Positions 1 to 13,039 of a stretch of DNA of 64,000 nt are shown here, one piece after another. Made by a program: the position numbers and the translations under genes. Where the stretch lies: the NCBI GenBank assembly GCA_030390025.1, contig CM059432.1:95110001-95174000 (forward strand), in the 5' to 3' direction. Position 1 is the first letter of the stretch; each line of letters begins with the position of its first letter. The notes under the pieces were generated by a model, which saw nothing but the letters and a program-made list of their open reading frames with translations, was not told the origin of the DNA and made no database searches. This DNA is from Squalus acanthias (taxonomy: Eukaryota).

Positions 1-312
1 GTGAAAATTCAAAAGATATAAGTGACCTCATTGGGCACCAGAAGTGATACTTGATTTTGACAATCAGACTGCCTTCTCTTTCTAGCTATGACACTAGTTT
101 TATAATACTGAGATGGGCATTTGTAAATAGTGCTAATGCCACAAATGCTATTTGCCCAAGGGTAAATAGTGTTTGTACCGTTGAAATCCAAGGGAAGATT
201 AAGGCATGTTATTTTCTAATTTATCGTATAATGCATTTAAGTTCTGATAATGATCAGTCCCTCACTTTAAGTAAATAAATAACTGCAGTTAATACAGTTT
301 AATCAACAAGGC

Positions 313-548
313 CAAAAATAAAAACAGAAAATGCTGGAAATACTCAGCAGGTCAGGCAGCATCTGTGGAGAGAGAAACAGAGTTAACATTTCAGGTCGAT
401 GACCCTTCGTCAGTTCTGATGAAGGGTCATCGACCTGAAACGTTAACTCTGTTTCTCTCTCCACAGATGCTGCCTGACCTGCTGAGTATTTCCAGCATTT
501 TCTGTTTTTATTTCAGATTTCTAGCATCTGCAGTATTTTGCTTTTGCA
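313..548. mobile_element. Penelope-like (PLE) pLTR remnant, family P1, inverted-repeat form
   Basis: 98-bp arms at 316-413 and 416-513, then a 35-nt unpaired tail (514-548). Flanked by the 14-bp direct repeat TTAATCAACAAGGC (299-312, 549-562). Hammerhead core at the centre. Confidence 0.8.
412..448 (+). ncRNA. Minimal type I hammerhead ribozyme motif (PLE-type)
   Basis: AGUU-CUGAUGA-A-GGGUC(AUC)GACCU-GAAA-CG-UU-AACU. Both conserved core boxes present, helix II hairpin, palindromic ACGU in place of helix III, helix I AGUU/AACU. Confidence 0.75.
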
Positions 549-681
549 TTAATCAACAAGGCAATAGTTTGAATGAATTGATTAATAACACAATGGTCTA
601 TTAGATGGATTCAATACTAGTAGATGTTTGAGTGAAGTTTTCATTTTTTTTCTCGTTCTAAGCATCTTCCTTTAAGTTTTA

Positions 682-794
682 CAATAGCAAAATACGGCAG
701 ATGCTGGAATCTGAAATAAAAACAGAAAATGCTGGAAATACTCAGCAGGTCAGGCAGCATCTGTGGAGAGAGAAACAGAGTTAACCTTTCAGGT
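682..794 (-). mobile_element. PLE family P1 3' fragment
   Basis: Reverse complement of about 433-546 including the tail; truncated inside the ribozyme. Confidence 0.75.
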
Positions 795-1520
795 TCAAGT
801 TTTCCTGGGCCAAGCACCAATCTATAGCCAACAAGGGATCTGGTCACAATTAGTAATGTGAGCACACATCTGGGTTACATGATGCCTTGCTGTTAAATAT
901 GGCTGATACTAGGAACCTCCTGCTTATGAGGAATTGAATGCCATGTCCTATCAATCCATTCAAAATTGATAACTGTTGTTGATAATCTCCTGGTTTGTAC
1001 ACCACCTGATGTGGCACCAAGCTGTACAAACCAGGAAGGCCCCAGATTTTATTCCTAGTGTGTGCTGGGTTAGCTGATCTCAGCTGCGGTGGCAGTTGGA
1101 GGTTCTTTCTTCTTTAATTGCCGAAGAAAAATAAAGAGCTAAGGCCTATATTGCAGGGCATCACTAAGGTTGAAAAGAATAAAAGAGAAGATGAGGTAAA
1201 TCAGGAAATAGTGATTAAATGATACCAAGCAAAGCCTAAAGATTGTCAGAGGTATGGAAATCTGACAGAGGTAAGAAGTTCTGCAGAGTTGAGGCCCTGA
1301 GCAAGAATGAGCTGGAGTCTGTGCGATGAATCTTGACACAAGATGTGCAGAGGAAGAAGAGTGTGTAAGGCAATTCCTTTGGAACTTAAAAGGAACAAAA
1401 GGGGAAAATTCAGAGGAGCACCGATTATAGTAATATTGATAAAATACAGAAAAAAATATTTTTTTAAGTTGGAGAGAGCTAGCTAACACATAACCAGCTT
1501 CTTCTTGTATAAAGCATTTG

Positions 1521-1624
1521 ACGATGCACTGCAGTGTCAGCCTAGATTATCTAATCAAGTCTCTGGAGCTGGGCTTGAACACATGACCTCCTGGTTCAGA
1601 GGTGAGAGTGCTACTACTGAGCTA
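1521..1624 (-). mobile_element. tRNA-derived SINE 5' fragment (Deu-SINE family)
   Basis: Reverse complement resembles the head of 31887-32310 (GCTCAGTAGTAGCACTCTCACCTCTGA...GTTCAAGCCC). Confidence 0.55.
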
Positions 1625-4460
1625 TCTTCTATTGAAAGTCAATTGGCCTCAGCGTCCCCAACTAAGGAAGGGCAAATAACAACAGAATTCCCACTCCTGA
1701 CTGTGCCACTGCAGGATCAGGATTGGCTGTGATGCTTCCATGTTTGATTAACCTGCATGCACTATCAAGGCTTACACATGAAGAATGACCACATGGATGA
1801 GGCATGCAGAGGGTGGCATCCATGGGATTGTACGCCAAATTGAGCCGCTGCTCCCCAAGAGAAGGGGATTAAAATTGGTGGAAAAATAAAATTAATAGAA
1901 CAGACAGGAGAAAATGATTTACTAAAATAATTTAACTGAGACCATTTACTAATGCCTCTAGTATTAAGTGCATGACTAAGTAGGCTGCACTATGGATTAG
2001 GGGACTTTGAACTGATTAAAACACTGATGAGCCCTATGGATGAAGAGGTCACTCGGTCACACAACTTCATTGGAATAGTCTAAGAAGCCTGGCATGCTAA
2101 ATTTTTATTCTAAAGTTTAAAATAAAGCTCCCTCATCATTTGGTAATTTTAATTGGGTCTTCTAATAAAAGAGGTGAAGTTCCAACATACTTTTTGTTTG
2201 CAATTTAATAGTGATATCAGAACTTTGCACAGCAGCAAGCTGTAAGCAGTAAGCATCACAAGGTCACACACGTGCATGTTCAGTGACGACTTTCCGTGCT
2301 TGTTATCTACAATGTAACAAGTACCAAGGTCACTCTGTTCGTTAGCAGTTGATCCAGCTAAGAGGTGAAATTTCATGGAGATTGTGGTCTCTGTCAAAGA
2401 CACAACAGTAATTTTCAAAATGAGACACAGTGAGTGAGTCTGTAAACAAAAAAAGTATTAAAAAAACATTTTTTATGTTAAAGATCAGAAGTTAGATGTG
2501 TTGGTGCAATCTGAATCCAGTTCCAATAAAGATGATTCCATAGTTCTAAACTATTGGCACTAATGAGCTGGAGTGAGTTCTGAACATGAGAAGCAGAAAA
2601 CTAGGATGAATGTTGTGATAGATTAAATGATTAATAATTTACCAGAACTGGTTAGTAACCTGGAAGCAGCTTAACACATGGCTTCTATTAATCACTGTAT
2701 AATTCCACTTTATATTGTAATTAAAGCTAAGGCCAAAAATAACAATATCTCTGTGTGAAACTTGGAAAGCAAATGAATGGGATGAGCTCCAGGGAGAATC
2801 AAATGAGAAGTAGAATTTAAAGAAAATAAAGCAGCAGAAAAAAAGAACAAAAGTATAACCCTATGAGACTGAAAAACAGAGTCGACCAAGACCATGGCAG
2901 CTGAATAAAGAGATTAAAAATAACTTAAAGACCAAGCAGAGATATTTAAAATGGAACAAAACATTGTGAGGACTAGCAGTCATGCAAATACCACTTGAGG
3001 GTAAATAAAAGAATAATTAGAAGAGGGATTGTGAATAGCAGCAAGAGGTATCCAAAGTGTTTTTTTTCTATGTTCATAGATGGAAGATAACGGGCCAGGT
3101 ATATACTTTAAGGGATAGTTTGGGCAGAACTAATATGGAGGATCAAAAAATGGCAGAGGTGTTAAATTAATTTTTTGCATCAGTCTTCATAAATGGAAAC
3201 TGTGGACAAATTTCTACCATTTTAGTTCAAGAATCTGTAATGTGTTTAAACACAGTAAAATACTTGTTCTGAAGATGATACACCTTCTAATGTATTATAA
3301 GATTATCTTTTCCCTTTCAAGGAAGAATTTTAATATAACATGAATCAAAAGATCAGAATTATGGGGCATTTAAACATATTTAATTAATAATAAGTTAATA
3401 ATTTCAAATTAGCTAATGATCAACAGGAAACACAAAATTCCCAACCGAATAATTGAGCAATAAGGATGAATAACGATTGAGATTCTTTAGCCTGATCATA
3501 AATCAGTCACCTCTGTGAGATAATCAGTTGTCAATCTCAGTGAAGCGACGTCCATAATCCCTCTGCTAGTTAACCCTTGGAATGCCACTGATGATATGTC
3601 TGCTCAGTAAAAATCACAGCAAAAGTTGATCTGATGCAATCATGTCAATTGTTGCACTTCTGGGCCTCAATTGCTGAAGAAGCTCTTTTTGAGCCAGTTG
3701 TTTAACCAATGAAAAACTCATTTTTACAACACCGGTCCCAACTCTAAACATAAGAACATAAGAAATAGGAGCAGGAGTAGGCCATTTGGCCCCTCGAGCC
3801 TGCTCCATCATTCAATAAGATCATGGCTGATCTTCTACCTCATCTCCACTTTCCTGCACTATCCCCATATCCCTTGATTCCCTTAATATCCAAAAATCTA
3901 TCGATCTCTGTCTTGAATATACTCAACGACTGAGCCTCCACAGCCCTCTGGGGTAGAGAATTCCAAAGATTCACCACCCTCTGAGTGAAGAAATTTCTCC
4001 TCATCTCAGTCCTAAATGGCCGACCCCTTATTCTGAGACTGTGACTCCTGGTTCTAGACTCCCCAGCCAGGAGAAACATCCTCCCTGCATCTACCCTGTC
4101 AAGCCCTGTAAGAATTTTGTATGTTTCAATGAGATCACCTCTCATTCTTCTAAACTCCAGAGAATATAGGTCTAGTCTACTTAATCTCTCCTCAGAGGAC
4201 AATCCCCCCAACCCAGGAATCAGTCTGGTGAACCTTCGTTGAACTCCCTCAATGGCAAGTATATCCGTCCTTAGGTAAGACCAAAACTGTACACAATACT
4301 CCAGGTGTGGTCTCACCAGGGCCCAATATAATTGCAGTAAGACGTCTTTACTCTTATACTCAAATCCTCTTGTAATAAAGGCCAACATACCATTTGCTTT
4401 CTTAATTGTTTGCTGTACCTGCATGTTAACTTTCAGTGATTCGTGTACAAGGACACCCAT

Positions 4461-4955
4461 GTCATAGTCATAGTCATGGTCATAGAGTCATAACGGCACA
4501 GAAGGAGGACATTCGGACCATCGAGTCCACGCCGGCTCACTGCAGAGCAATCCAGTCAGTCCCACTCCCCCACTCTATCCCCGTAGCCCTGCAAGTTTAT
4601 TTCCCTCAAGTGACTATCCAGTTTCCCCTTGAAAACATTGAGGGCTGGATTTTGATACGAGGCGGGTTGGGGTCGTGTCATCCGCATTTCGTGTTATCCA
4701 CCCGCCTGCAATTGGATGTGGGAGATTGATGCGATTTTCACTTAATTGGGCAATTGAGTTCCAGCATGTGGGAACACATGAACCAATGAGTGGTTTCAGT
4801 CTGAAAGTCGCCTCTGATGATGTCATCATTGCAGGTCAGAGACTGCCTGGTCTCAGAGATTGCCTGGCCCTTGCTGTGAGAGGACCTGGATGCAAAATGA
4901 GCAGCATCTCAGAGAGAGAAGAGAGAGAGAGAGAAGAGAGAAGAGAGAAGAGAGA

Positions 4956-4986
<31 letters not shown>

Positions 4987-5845
4987 TTTTTTTTGCAACC
5001 AAGTCCTCCCAGGCAGTCTCTGAAGACATTCAATGCAGCAGCATCAGAGGCGACTTTCAGACCTAATACTACTACTACCTTCATCACATCTCCGTTGTAA
5101 TAGTGGACTTGCAGCTGACAGTCAGCTATCCACTTGTGCTCCCGCCAGGTTTCACTGGCGTGTTTCACATCAGGCGTACTTCACGTCGGAAAAGGGTTAA
5201 ACTAGTTAAAATGTTTCAAAATGGCATTACAGAGCCAATTTAGGGCTTGTTAAGGGCTTTAATGGCCTCTCCCGCCTCTTGGAGGCAGGACGGAGTCGAG
5301 AACCCTGCGACCGATTTTGTCAAAATTGCGTGGAGGCGGAATGGAGTCGGGATGGGGTCGGGACCCCCGAATCTGCAACTTTAACCCCCCACACGCCTCC
5401 AAACCCGACTCCATGGGTCATTGAAAATCCAGCCCTGAGTGTTTCCGCTTCCACCACTTCCGTTGGCAGCGAGTTCCAGGTCCTCACCACCCGCTGCGTA
5501 AAAAGGTTTTTCCTCACATCCCCCCGGTATCTCTTGCCCAAAACCTTAAATCTGTGTCCCCTAGTCCTTGTACCATCAACTAGTGGGAACAGCCTATCTC
5601 TGTCTAGCCTATCCAATCCCTTCATAATCTTGAACACCTCTATCAAATCACCCCTCAACCTCCTTTGCTCTAATGAAAACAAATCCAGCTTCTCCAACCT
5701 GTCCTTGTAGCTAAGATCTCCCATCCCCGGAATCATTCTGGCAAATGTCCTCTGCACCCTCTCAAGGGCCTTCACATCCTTCCTAAAGTGTGGTGACCAG
5801 AACTGGATGCAATACTCCAGTTGTGGCCTAACCAGCGCTTTATAA
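4461..5845 (-). mobile_element. Second CR1 3' fragment nested in the first
   Basis: (GTCATA)n tail; RT C-terminus YKALVRPQLEY...WNSLP (ORF 5320-5874); ATGTC duplicated at 4459-4463 and 5846-5850. Confidence 0.85.
4642..5435. mobile_element. Harbinger-type MITE (family E) with internal (GA)n
   Basis: TIR GGGCTGGATTTT/AAAATCCAGCCC; 3-bp TSD TGA/TGA; near-identical inverted copy at 25069-25836. Confidence 0.85.
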
Positions 5846-6842
5846 ATGTCCCTCTGAACACCAACATTTCCCAATCACTCACCATTTAAACAATACTCTG
5901 CTTTTCTATTTTCCTACCAAAGTGGATAACTTCACATTTCTCCACATTATATTCCATTTGCCATGTTCTTGCCCACTCACTTAGCCTGTCTATATCCCCT
6001 TGAAGCCTCTTTGCATCCTCCTCACAACTTACATTCCCACCTAGCTTTGCATCATCAATATATTACATTTGGTCCCCTCATCCAAATCATTGATATAGAT
6101 TGTGAATAGCTGAGGCCCAAGCACTGATCCTTGTGGTACCCCACTACAACCTGCCAACCCGAAAATGACCCGTTAATTCCGACTCTCTGTTTTCTGTCCG
6201 CCAACCAATCCTCAATCCATGCTAGTATATTACCTCCAATCCCATAAGCCCTAATTTTGTTAATAACCTCTTGTGTGGCACCTAATTGAATGCCTTCTGA
6301 AAATCCAAATACACCACATCCACTGGTTCCCCCTGATCTATTCTGCTAGTTACAACCTCAAAAAACTCTAACAGATCCGTCAAACATAATTTCCCTTTCA
6401 TAAATCCGTGTTGACTTTGCCCAATCCTATTATTATTTTCTAAGTGCCCTGTTACCACGTCCTTAATAATAGATTCTAGCATTTTCCCTACTACTGATGT
6501 CAGGCTAACTGGTCTGTAGTTCCCCGTTTTCTCTCTCCCTCCTTTCTTAAATAGTGGGGTTACATTTGCTACCTTCCAATCCGCGGGAACTGTTCTAGAA
6601 TCAATCGAATTTTGGAAGATGACAACCAATGCATCCATTATCTCCATAGCCACCTCTTTCAAAACCCTAGGATGTAGGCCATCAGATCTAGGGGATTTAT
6701 CAGCTTTCAGTCCCATTAATTTCTCCAGTACTATTTTTTTACTAATACTAATTTCTTTTAGTTCCTCGTTCTTGCTAGACCCTTGGTTCTCCATTATTTC
6801 CAGGAGGTTTTTTGCGTCTGCTTCCGTGAAGACAGACACAAA

Positions 6843-7667
6843 GGCCGGAATTTTGCCAGTGCTCAGGGGGCGAGTTTCGAGGCGGGACATCTGGCAAAAT
6901 CGCAAAGATTGACAGCGGGTCGGAAACCCGCTGTCAACCCACCTCCAATCAATCTTCTCAAGTGTCGGGTCCCCGATTTGTGCATGGACCCAACACCTAA
7001 CAGCGGGAAGAGGATTTTAGCCACTTAACTGCTTGTTAACAGGTTGTTAACAGGCAGTTAAGAGGCTTTTTGCAATTTTGACCGTTCTACTGTGGGCTTC
7101 CCGACGTCCGGACGCCAGGTAAGTGTGGTGTGCTGTGGGTCTACTGTAATGTTTCTGCATTGATGACAGCTGCAGGAGTGGTGTGAAGGATCCAATGGTG
7201 CACTGGTGAGTTTCAGAGGTAAGATAATGTTGGGAAAATCATTTTTAATGCATTTACACTTTTCTGTAGGTAACAAATTTTGATTTTTATGTGTACTCCC
7301 ACCTCATTGGGCGAACCTCTCTCACCAGTGACAGATCGCTTCTGTAACCTCACCTGCAGCTGCCATCTGTTTCAGCCTAAGGAGGGAGTCACTGGAGAGC
7401 CTGGGTGCAAAAGCTCACCTTTGTACAGTGATTGTCAGTGTTTGCAGCACCTCAATGCTGTCAAACACTGAGAAATCAGCTGTCAAAGAAAAATGTGCAT
7501 GGCCCCTTTAAGAAAACCAGCAGATGAAGCATCATCAACTGACGTCAGGGCGGGCTTAACAAGGCCAATTGACGCAAAATCGCGTTTGTGCATCTGATGT
7601 CATTGGGGGCGGGATTGGAAGGCAGCTGTCCCACACCCAAGCCGCCTCGTACCGAAAAATCGAGCCC
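6843..7667. mobile_element. Harbinger-type MITE (family D)
   Basis: Imperfect TIRs GGCCGGAATTTT/AAAATCGAGCCC; TSD AAA/AAT; splits CR1 ORF2; shares internal motifs with 19839 and 53801. Confidence 0.75.
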
Positions 7668-10093
7668 AATGTATTTGTTTAATTTCTCAACCATTTCCTT
7701 ATTCCCCATTTAATTTCTCCTGTCTCGGCCTGTAAGGGACCCACATTTACTTTCAGTAATCTTTTGCTTTTTACATACCTATAGAAGCTTTTACAATCTG
7801 TTTTTATGTCTCTCGCTAGTTTACTCTCATATTCTATTTTCCCTTTCTTTATCAATTTCTTGGTCCTCCTTTGCTGAATTCTAAAATCCTCCCAATCCTC
7901 AGGCTTACGGCTCTTTTTGGCAACATTATAAGCCTCTTCCTTTGATCTAATACTATCTTTAACTTCTCTTGTTAGCCACGGTTGGTTCACTTTTCCTGTG
8001 GGGTTTTTGTGCCTTAAAGGAATGTATATTTGTTGTAAATTATATATTAATTCTTTAAATGCTAGCCATTGTTGCCTACCGTCATACCTTTTAATGTAGT
8101 TTCCTAATCTACCATAGCCAACTCGCCCCTCATACCAACATAGTTTGCTTTATTTATATTTAAGACCCTAGTTTCGGATTTAACGAAATCACCTTCAAAC
8201 TTAATATAAAATTCTATCATATTATGGTCACTCTTCCCTAAGGGCCCCTTTACTACAAGGTTATTAATTAACCCTTTCTCATTGCACAATACTAGATCTA
8301 AAATAACCTGTTTCCTAGTTGGTTCCTCAACATACTGATCTCGAAAACTATCTTGTGTACATTCCATGAATTTGTCCTCCACACTATTACTGCAAATTTG
8401 GTTTGCCCAGTCTATATGTAGATTAAAGTCCCCCACGATTACTGTATTACCCTTGTTACATGCACCTCTAATTTCCTGATTTATATTCTGCCCTACATTA
8501 CTGCTGTTTGGGGGCCTATAAACAACTCTCACCAATGTTTTCTGCACCTTGCTGTTTCTTATCTCCACCCAAACTGATTCTACTTCTTGATTTTTGGAGC
8601 TAAGATCCTTTCTCTCTGTCTTTATCCCATCCTTTATTATCAGGGCTACCCCTCCTCCTTTTCCATTTTGCCTATCTCTTCTAAAAGTTAAGTATCCTGG
8701 AATATTTAGTTCCCAACCTTGGTCACTTTGCAACCACGTCTCCATAATGGCTATTAGATCAAACCTATTCATTTCTATCTCCGCTATGAATTCATCTATT
8801 TTGTTGCGAATGCTTTGCGCATTCAGATATAGTGCCTTTAGCTATGACTTTTTTATATTTTTCCCTGATGTCACCTTAGTCACTGATGCCCTATTACCCT
8901 CTGTCCTTTCCTGACCCACTCTGCTTATTTTCACCCAAAACTCAGCTTCGCTCTAGAGCCTTGACATTTCTCTTGCTACTTTTAAATTTACTCTTTCCTG
9001 AATCCTCCCACCCTCTCTTCATTAGTTTAAAGCCCTGTCAACTGCCCTAGTTATTTGATTTGCCAGGACACTGGTTCCAGCTCAGTTTAAGTGGAGCCCG
9101 TCCCAACGGAACAGCTCCCTCTTTCCCCAGTACTGGTGCCAGTGCCCCATGAAGCAAAACCCCTGCCTCCCACACCACTCTTTGAGCCACGCATTTAACC
9201 TTCTCATCTGCTTATCCCTAAAGTGGACAGTGGAGCTCCTCTGATGGCTTAATTGGTAAAGGCAGAGTGGAGCTCAACCACACAGATCAGAAGGTCTTAA
9301 GTTCCTAGGCTGTTGGATGATTTGACCTAGGTTGATGGTAGGGATATGACAATTGACCTCAGTAACCTTCCAACTGCTAGTCATTATCCAGTGACCCCTG
9401 CTGGAAAATGCACGTGTATGAACATTGGATAAGCATGACTCAAAATCAAATCTGTGATGAATGTCTAATGCATTGGAAGATTCATTTTTAGTTTAATCGT
9501 TAGACTGTCAACAGATTCAGGAGAAACTCCTGTTTCCCTGGGTGACCAGTTAAGCTTGTTTACAACTCACACAATGTGATATTGAAAAGAACATGGATAT
9601 ACTGCAATAATATTACTCCAATATCAAGAGCAGCTTCATCACTCCAATATCAACCTACAATTGATTCCATTTTGGAATTGGGAACAATTTAAGAAATATT
9701 GGGCTTTCATTGGCTGAAAACTGGATTTAAAGACATTTTTAAGCCAATTGAAAGCCCAGATATGCACATTAATATGGCTTCAGTGACCAGGTTAAACTTA
9801 GAAGAGGGCTGCGCAATGGCCCAGAAACCAAATAACTTCCAGAACAGTAAACTTGTCCATGGTGAAGGGTTGGGTATTTATCTTTATTACATTGAGTTAA
9901 TATTACAGTAACAACACTATTCCTGGTTAGCATTACTACTATCAATTAGGGTTTTTCACAGTGTGTGCAATTCCCTTGACCTGCCAACATTCTAAGGATT
10001 AAAAGCTTTTTTAAAATCCAATAATATTGTTAATAATGTGTGGTAAAGGCCTGCACTCTTACAAAGATTAGAACTGGCACAATTTAATAAAAT

Positions 10094-10830
10094 AGCTAAG
10101 ATTTTGCAGTCAGCGGCGAAAGGACGACACTCACCACTGACCTCGAAAAAAGCTGTCCACAAAGATTTAGCGGACTCTAGAGCGTCGATTTCCACTATTC
10201 CGACGTCACTTTGAATTTGGCACCATTTATAGGGGATCTGTGCCGTCCAGCAACAGGGCAGCTGATCAGCCAATCAGATTGAAGAATTCTCACAGACAGC
10301 AAAGCAGGAAGTGAAAAGCATGGAATATAATTCACATTTTAATCATTGTACCGAAAGCAAAATAAAGATTGGGACATACACATGGGATTAAGGGAGAAGC
10401 TGAAATTAATAAACAAACTTTGAAAAAATTATGCAATTTTTATATGTTCTTTTGAGGGAATGAGACTCCACATTTGTAAAATTAAGTTTTCAGGGCCGGA
10501 GAGGTTGTTCAACAGTAATTATGACTTAGTACACCGCTAAAAACTCAGTTACTCCTGCTTGAATAAGGCTTAACAATTTCATAGGTTTTTACAGTGAGAA
10601 TAGTGTGTAAAAAGTTGAAGTTCATGTCAAATCAGTGATTCTGTGTTGATTGCATCTGTGAAGATGGCACCAGTGCGCCCTATGGAGGAGCAGGGTATCA
10701 CTGACAGCAAATTCTAGATTTCTGCATTTAACTGCGCATGTGAGGACGCCAGAAGTTGCTGTCAGTTTTACAGAGTAATGACCGCGAACGCCAACAGTTT
10801 CACCATCATTACAACCACAAATTCTGGGCC
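10094..10830. mobile_element. Harbinger-type MITE (family A)
   Basis: Ends AGCTAAGATTTTGC / CAAATTCTGGGCC; TSD AAT/AGT; homologous to the copies at 24861 and 29337. Confidence 0.7.
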
Positions 10831-10977
10831 AGTACTTATTGATGTTAATAATGAACATTTCAGCATGTTTTGTGTTGCAGTAAAGGAGCAGATTACGCAA
10901 CTTAGGTCTGGCAGTCACTCTTGCTTTAATATACACGAAGTTCCTATTCCAACACAAATTGTACAAGAGCCTTCATT

Positions 10978-12640
10978 GCTATAGGAACATAGAAACTGCT
11001 GGACGAAAAGAGACCAAAGTCCATCTAGTTTGCCTTCTACCATCCTGGTAGTTGCATGATAAAACAATAATTGAGTTATTGACTGATCATAGCAATCAAT
11101 CTCTATCAATTAGTCTACAACCGACCCAGACATGACACAAGGAAAACCCCAGTGGTGGAGAGCTTTGGGAACCATAGGTCCAAAATCACCTGTTCCTTCC
11201 AAGCATGCTGCACTTACCACATGTCATGTCTCAAATTACTCATATACTGTATCCCAAAATGTTATTTTCTGAAAAAAATATATCTAATTTGCATTTGAAT
11301 GAATCAATACTAGTTGCTTCCACCATTTCCCTAGAGAGCCTGTTCCATAGATTGACCACTCACTCACTGACATAATGGGGGGAATTTTAACTCCCAAAAA
11401 TGGGTGGGTTTGGGTCGGGTGGGAAGTAAAAATGTAAAAATCTCAAACCCGAACCCAACCTGCCTCAAACCCGCACACTTCTGGTTTTAACGGAGATGGG
11501 ACTGGGGGCGGGCAACCAACCTGTTCTCAGGAGGCAGCTCCCTCAGTTAAATATTTTGATGAGGCTGCGTGCACCAGATATTTTCTGTTCCAGCTTTAAC
11601 GCTGGCCGGTCAGGTTTCCCGGGCTTCAGGAAACCCGGCAACTAAAGGGAGGTGAGGACTGCTGCATGGAACAGGTAAGTGTTTTTCCAGCACTGCTTGT
11701 CAGCCAGGAGGAGCAGGAGTGCTTCCCCTGGTCCCCTAAGCAAACCTGTAAACCTCCCCAGCGACGGATCCCCTCCACGATCCAATGCCGACCCGATGTC
11801 CTCCATGGCTCACGATCTGCTCCCGCTCCCTCCATGTCCTCCTAGGCTCCCCATGCTCTCCACGGGCCCCTGCAATCTTCTCCCCTGATCTCTCCTGACC
11901 CCTGCAATCTTCTCCCCTCCTCCCCAATCTCTCTGGCCCCTTCCACGATCTTCTCCCCTCCTCCCCTGATCTCTCAGGCCCCCCAATCAATGTCTCTCCC
12001 GACTCCCGATTTCTCCAGCCCCCATCGATGACCCCCCCGACACCCGATCTCTCCAGCTCCCCATCAATATCCCCCCACCCCCACCTCCTAATTCTCCCTC
12101 CCTCCTCTTCCTCCCCGTCTGCGGCCTGGTGCCGCAGGCCTACCCGCCCGACAGCCAGCCAGCCTCTCAATTTGTCTGGCTGTGGCCAGGAAACAGAGTC
12201 CAAAAATGGTAATCAGGTCCTACCATTAAATTTGGCAGGACCGAAGGGAAACCTGTTCTTCCGGGTTTCCCAACCACAAAACTGTCCCCCCCCCCCTCGC
12301 CTCCCCTATAATATTGGGGCCAATGACTCCGTAGATAAGTTTTAAATTTATGCCCCTTCCAGCGCAGGCCTTGTCCTCTGGTTCTTCTGTTCTGGACAAG
12401 GTGAAACAACTTGTAATGGTCTACATTATCTAATCCCTTTAGAATCCAAGAAACAGCAATCATATCACCTCTCAACCTTCTCTTTTCCATTGAGAACATG
12501 CCCAATTTACATAATTACTCATAATCCAATCTCTCCATCTCCTGAATCATTCTGGATGCTCTCTTCTATATCCTTTTAATAATTGCAATATCCTTTTAGA
12601 ACTGTGCACAGTATTTTCAGTGTGGTCGCACCAATGATTT
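10978..12640 (-). mobile_element. Older CR1 3' fragment split by a MITE
   Basis: ORF 12167-12505 (MEKRRLRGDMI..RTRG); CATAGAAA-type tail near 10980. Confidence 0.7.
11377..12321. mobile_element. Harbinger-type MITE (family B) with C-rich core
   Basis: Ends GGGGGGAATTTT / AATATTGGGGCC; perfect TSD AAT/AAT; related copy at 29617. Confidence 0.75.
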
Positions 12641-13039
12641 ATAAAGTGGCCGGATCACCTCACTATTTCAACTCACTATTGACCTTCAGCCCATTTGCTG
12701 CTGAAACCCTCATCTATGCTTTTGTTACTTCCAGACTCGACTACTCTAATGTCAATGTCGCATCTAGGACCTCGTGAATATTGTGCCCAATGACGTATCC
12801 CCCTCATAAACCACATGTCATTATAAAAAAATGAAAACTGAAAAACTGAGCATAACTCAGCTGAGATGTGGCACTGAGAGATGAGTGACCTGCAACTTCT
12901 GAAAAGACCTAAATCAACTTAAAAAAGTTACTAACATATTTTTTGCGATGCAGTAAAAAGTAATTAACAGTTTTGCGTATACACTTTTCCCACAATACAC
13001 AAAATGAATTTCTCAAGACGTAAGTGAGAAATGGTGACA

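Larger units (their letters stand above)
3747..9220 (-). mobile_element. CR1 LINE, 5'-truncated within ORF1, interrupted by nested insertions
   Basis: 3' tail repeats at 3747. ORF2 pieces 3840-4460, 6282-6840 (KSP..DG, NYRPVSLTS, YLDFQKAF), 7679-7990 and 8104-8772 (ETWL, VYRPP, GDFN, SDHN). Esterase C-terminus DGLHLN near 9020-9220. Confidence 0.92.

Noticed and set aside
316..513. P1 palindrome as a DNA-transposon MITE or pre-miRNA
   Set aside because: One-sided 35-nt tail, long variable TSDs, variable arm lengths between copies and a hammerhead core fit a Penelope-like retroelement better.
365..604. Recurring peptide LFLSPQMLPDLLSISSIFCF (also 641-865, 20639-20836)
   Set aside because: Comes from the non-coding P1 pLTR repeat.
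4675..5168. ER-rich and SL-rich ORFs (also 25403-25750)
   Set aside because: Translations of the (GA)n microsatellite inside MITE family E.
6840..7670. Imperfect 3-bp TSDs (AAA/AAT, ACT/ATT, ATA/ATT, AAT/AGT) as a sign of an unusual integration mechanism
   Set aside because: Other copies have perfect TSDs, and single mismatches are compatible with age; too few sites to claim more.
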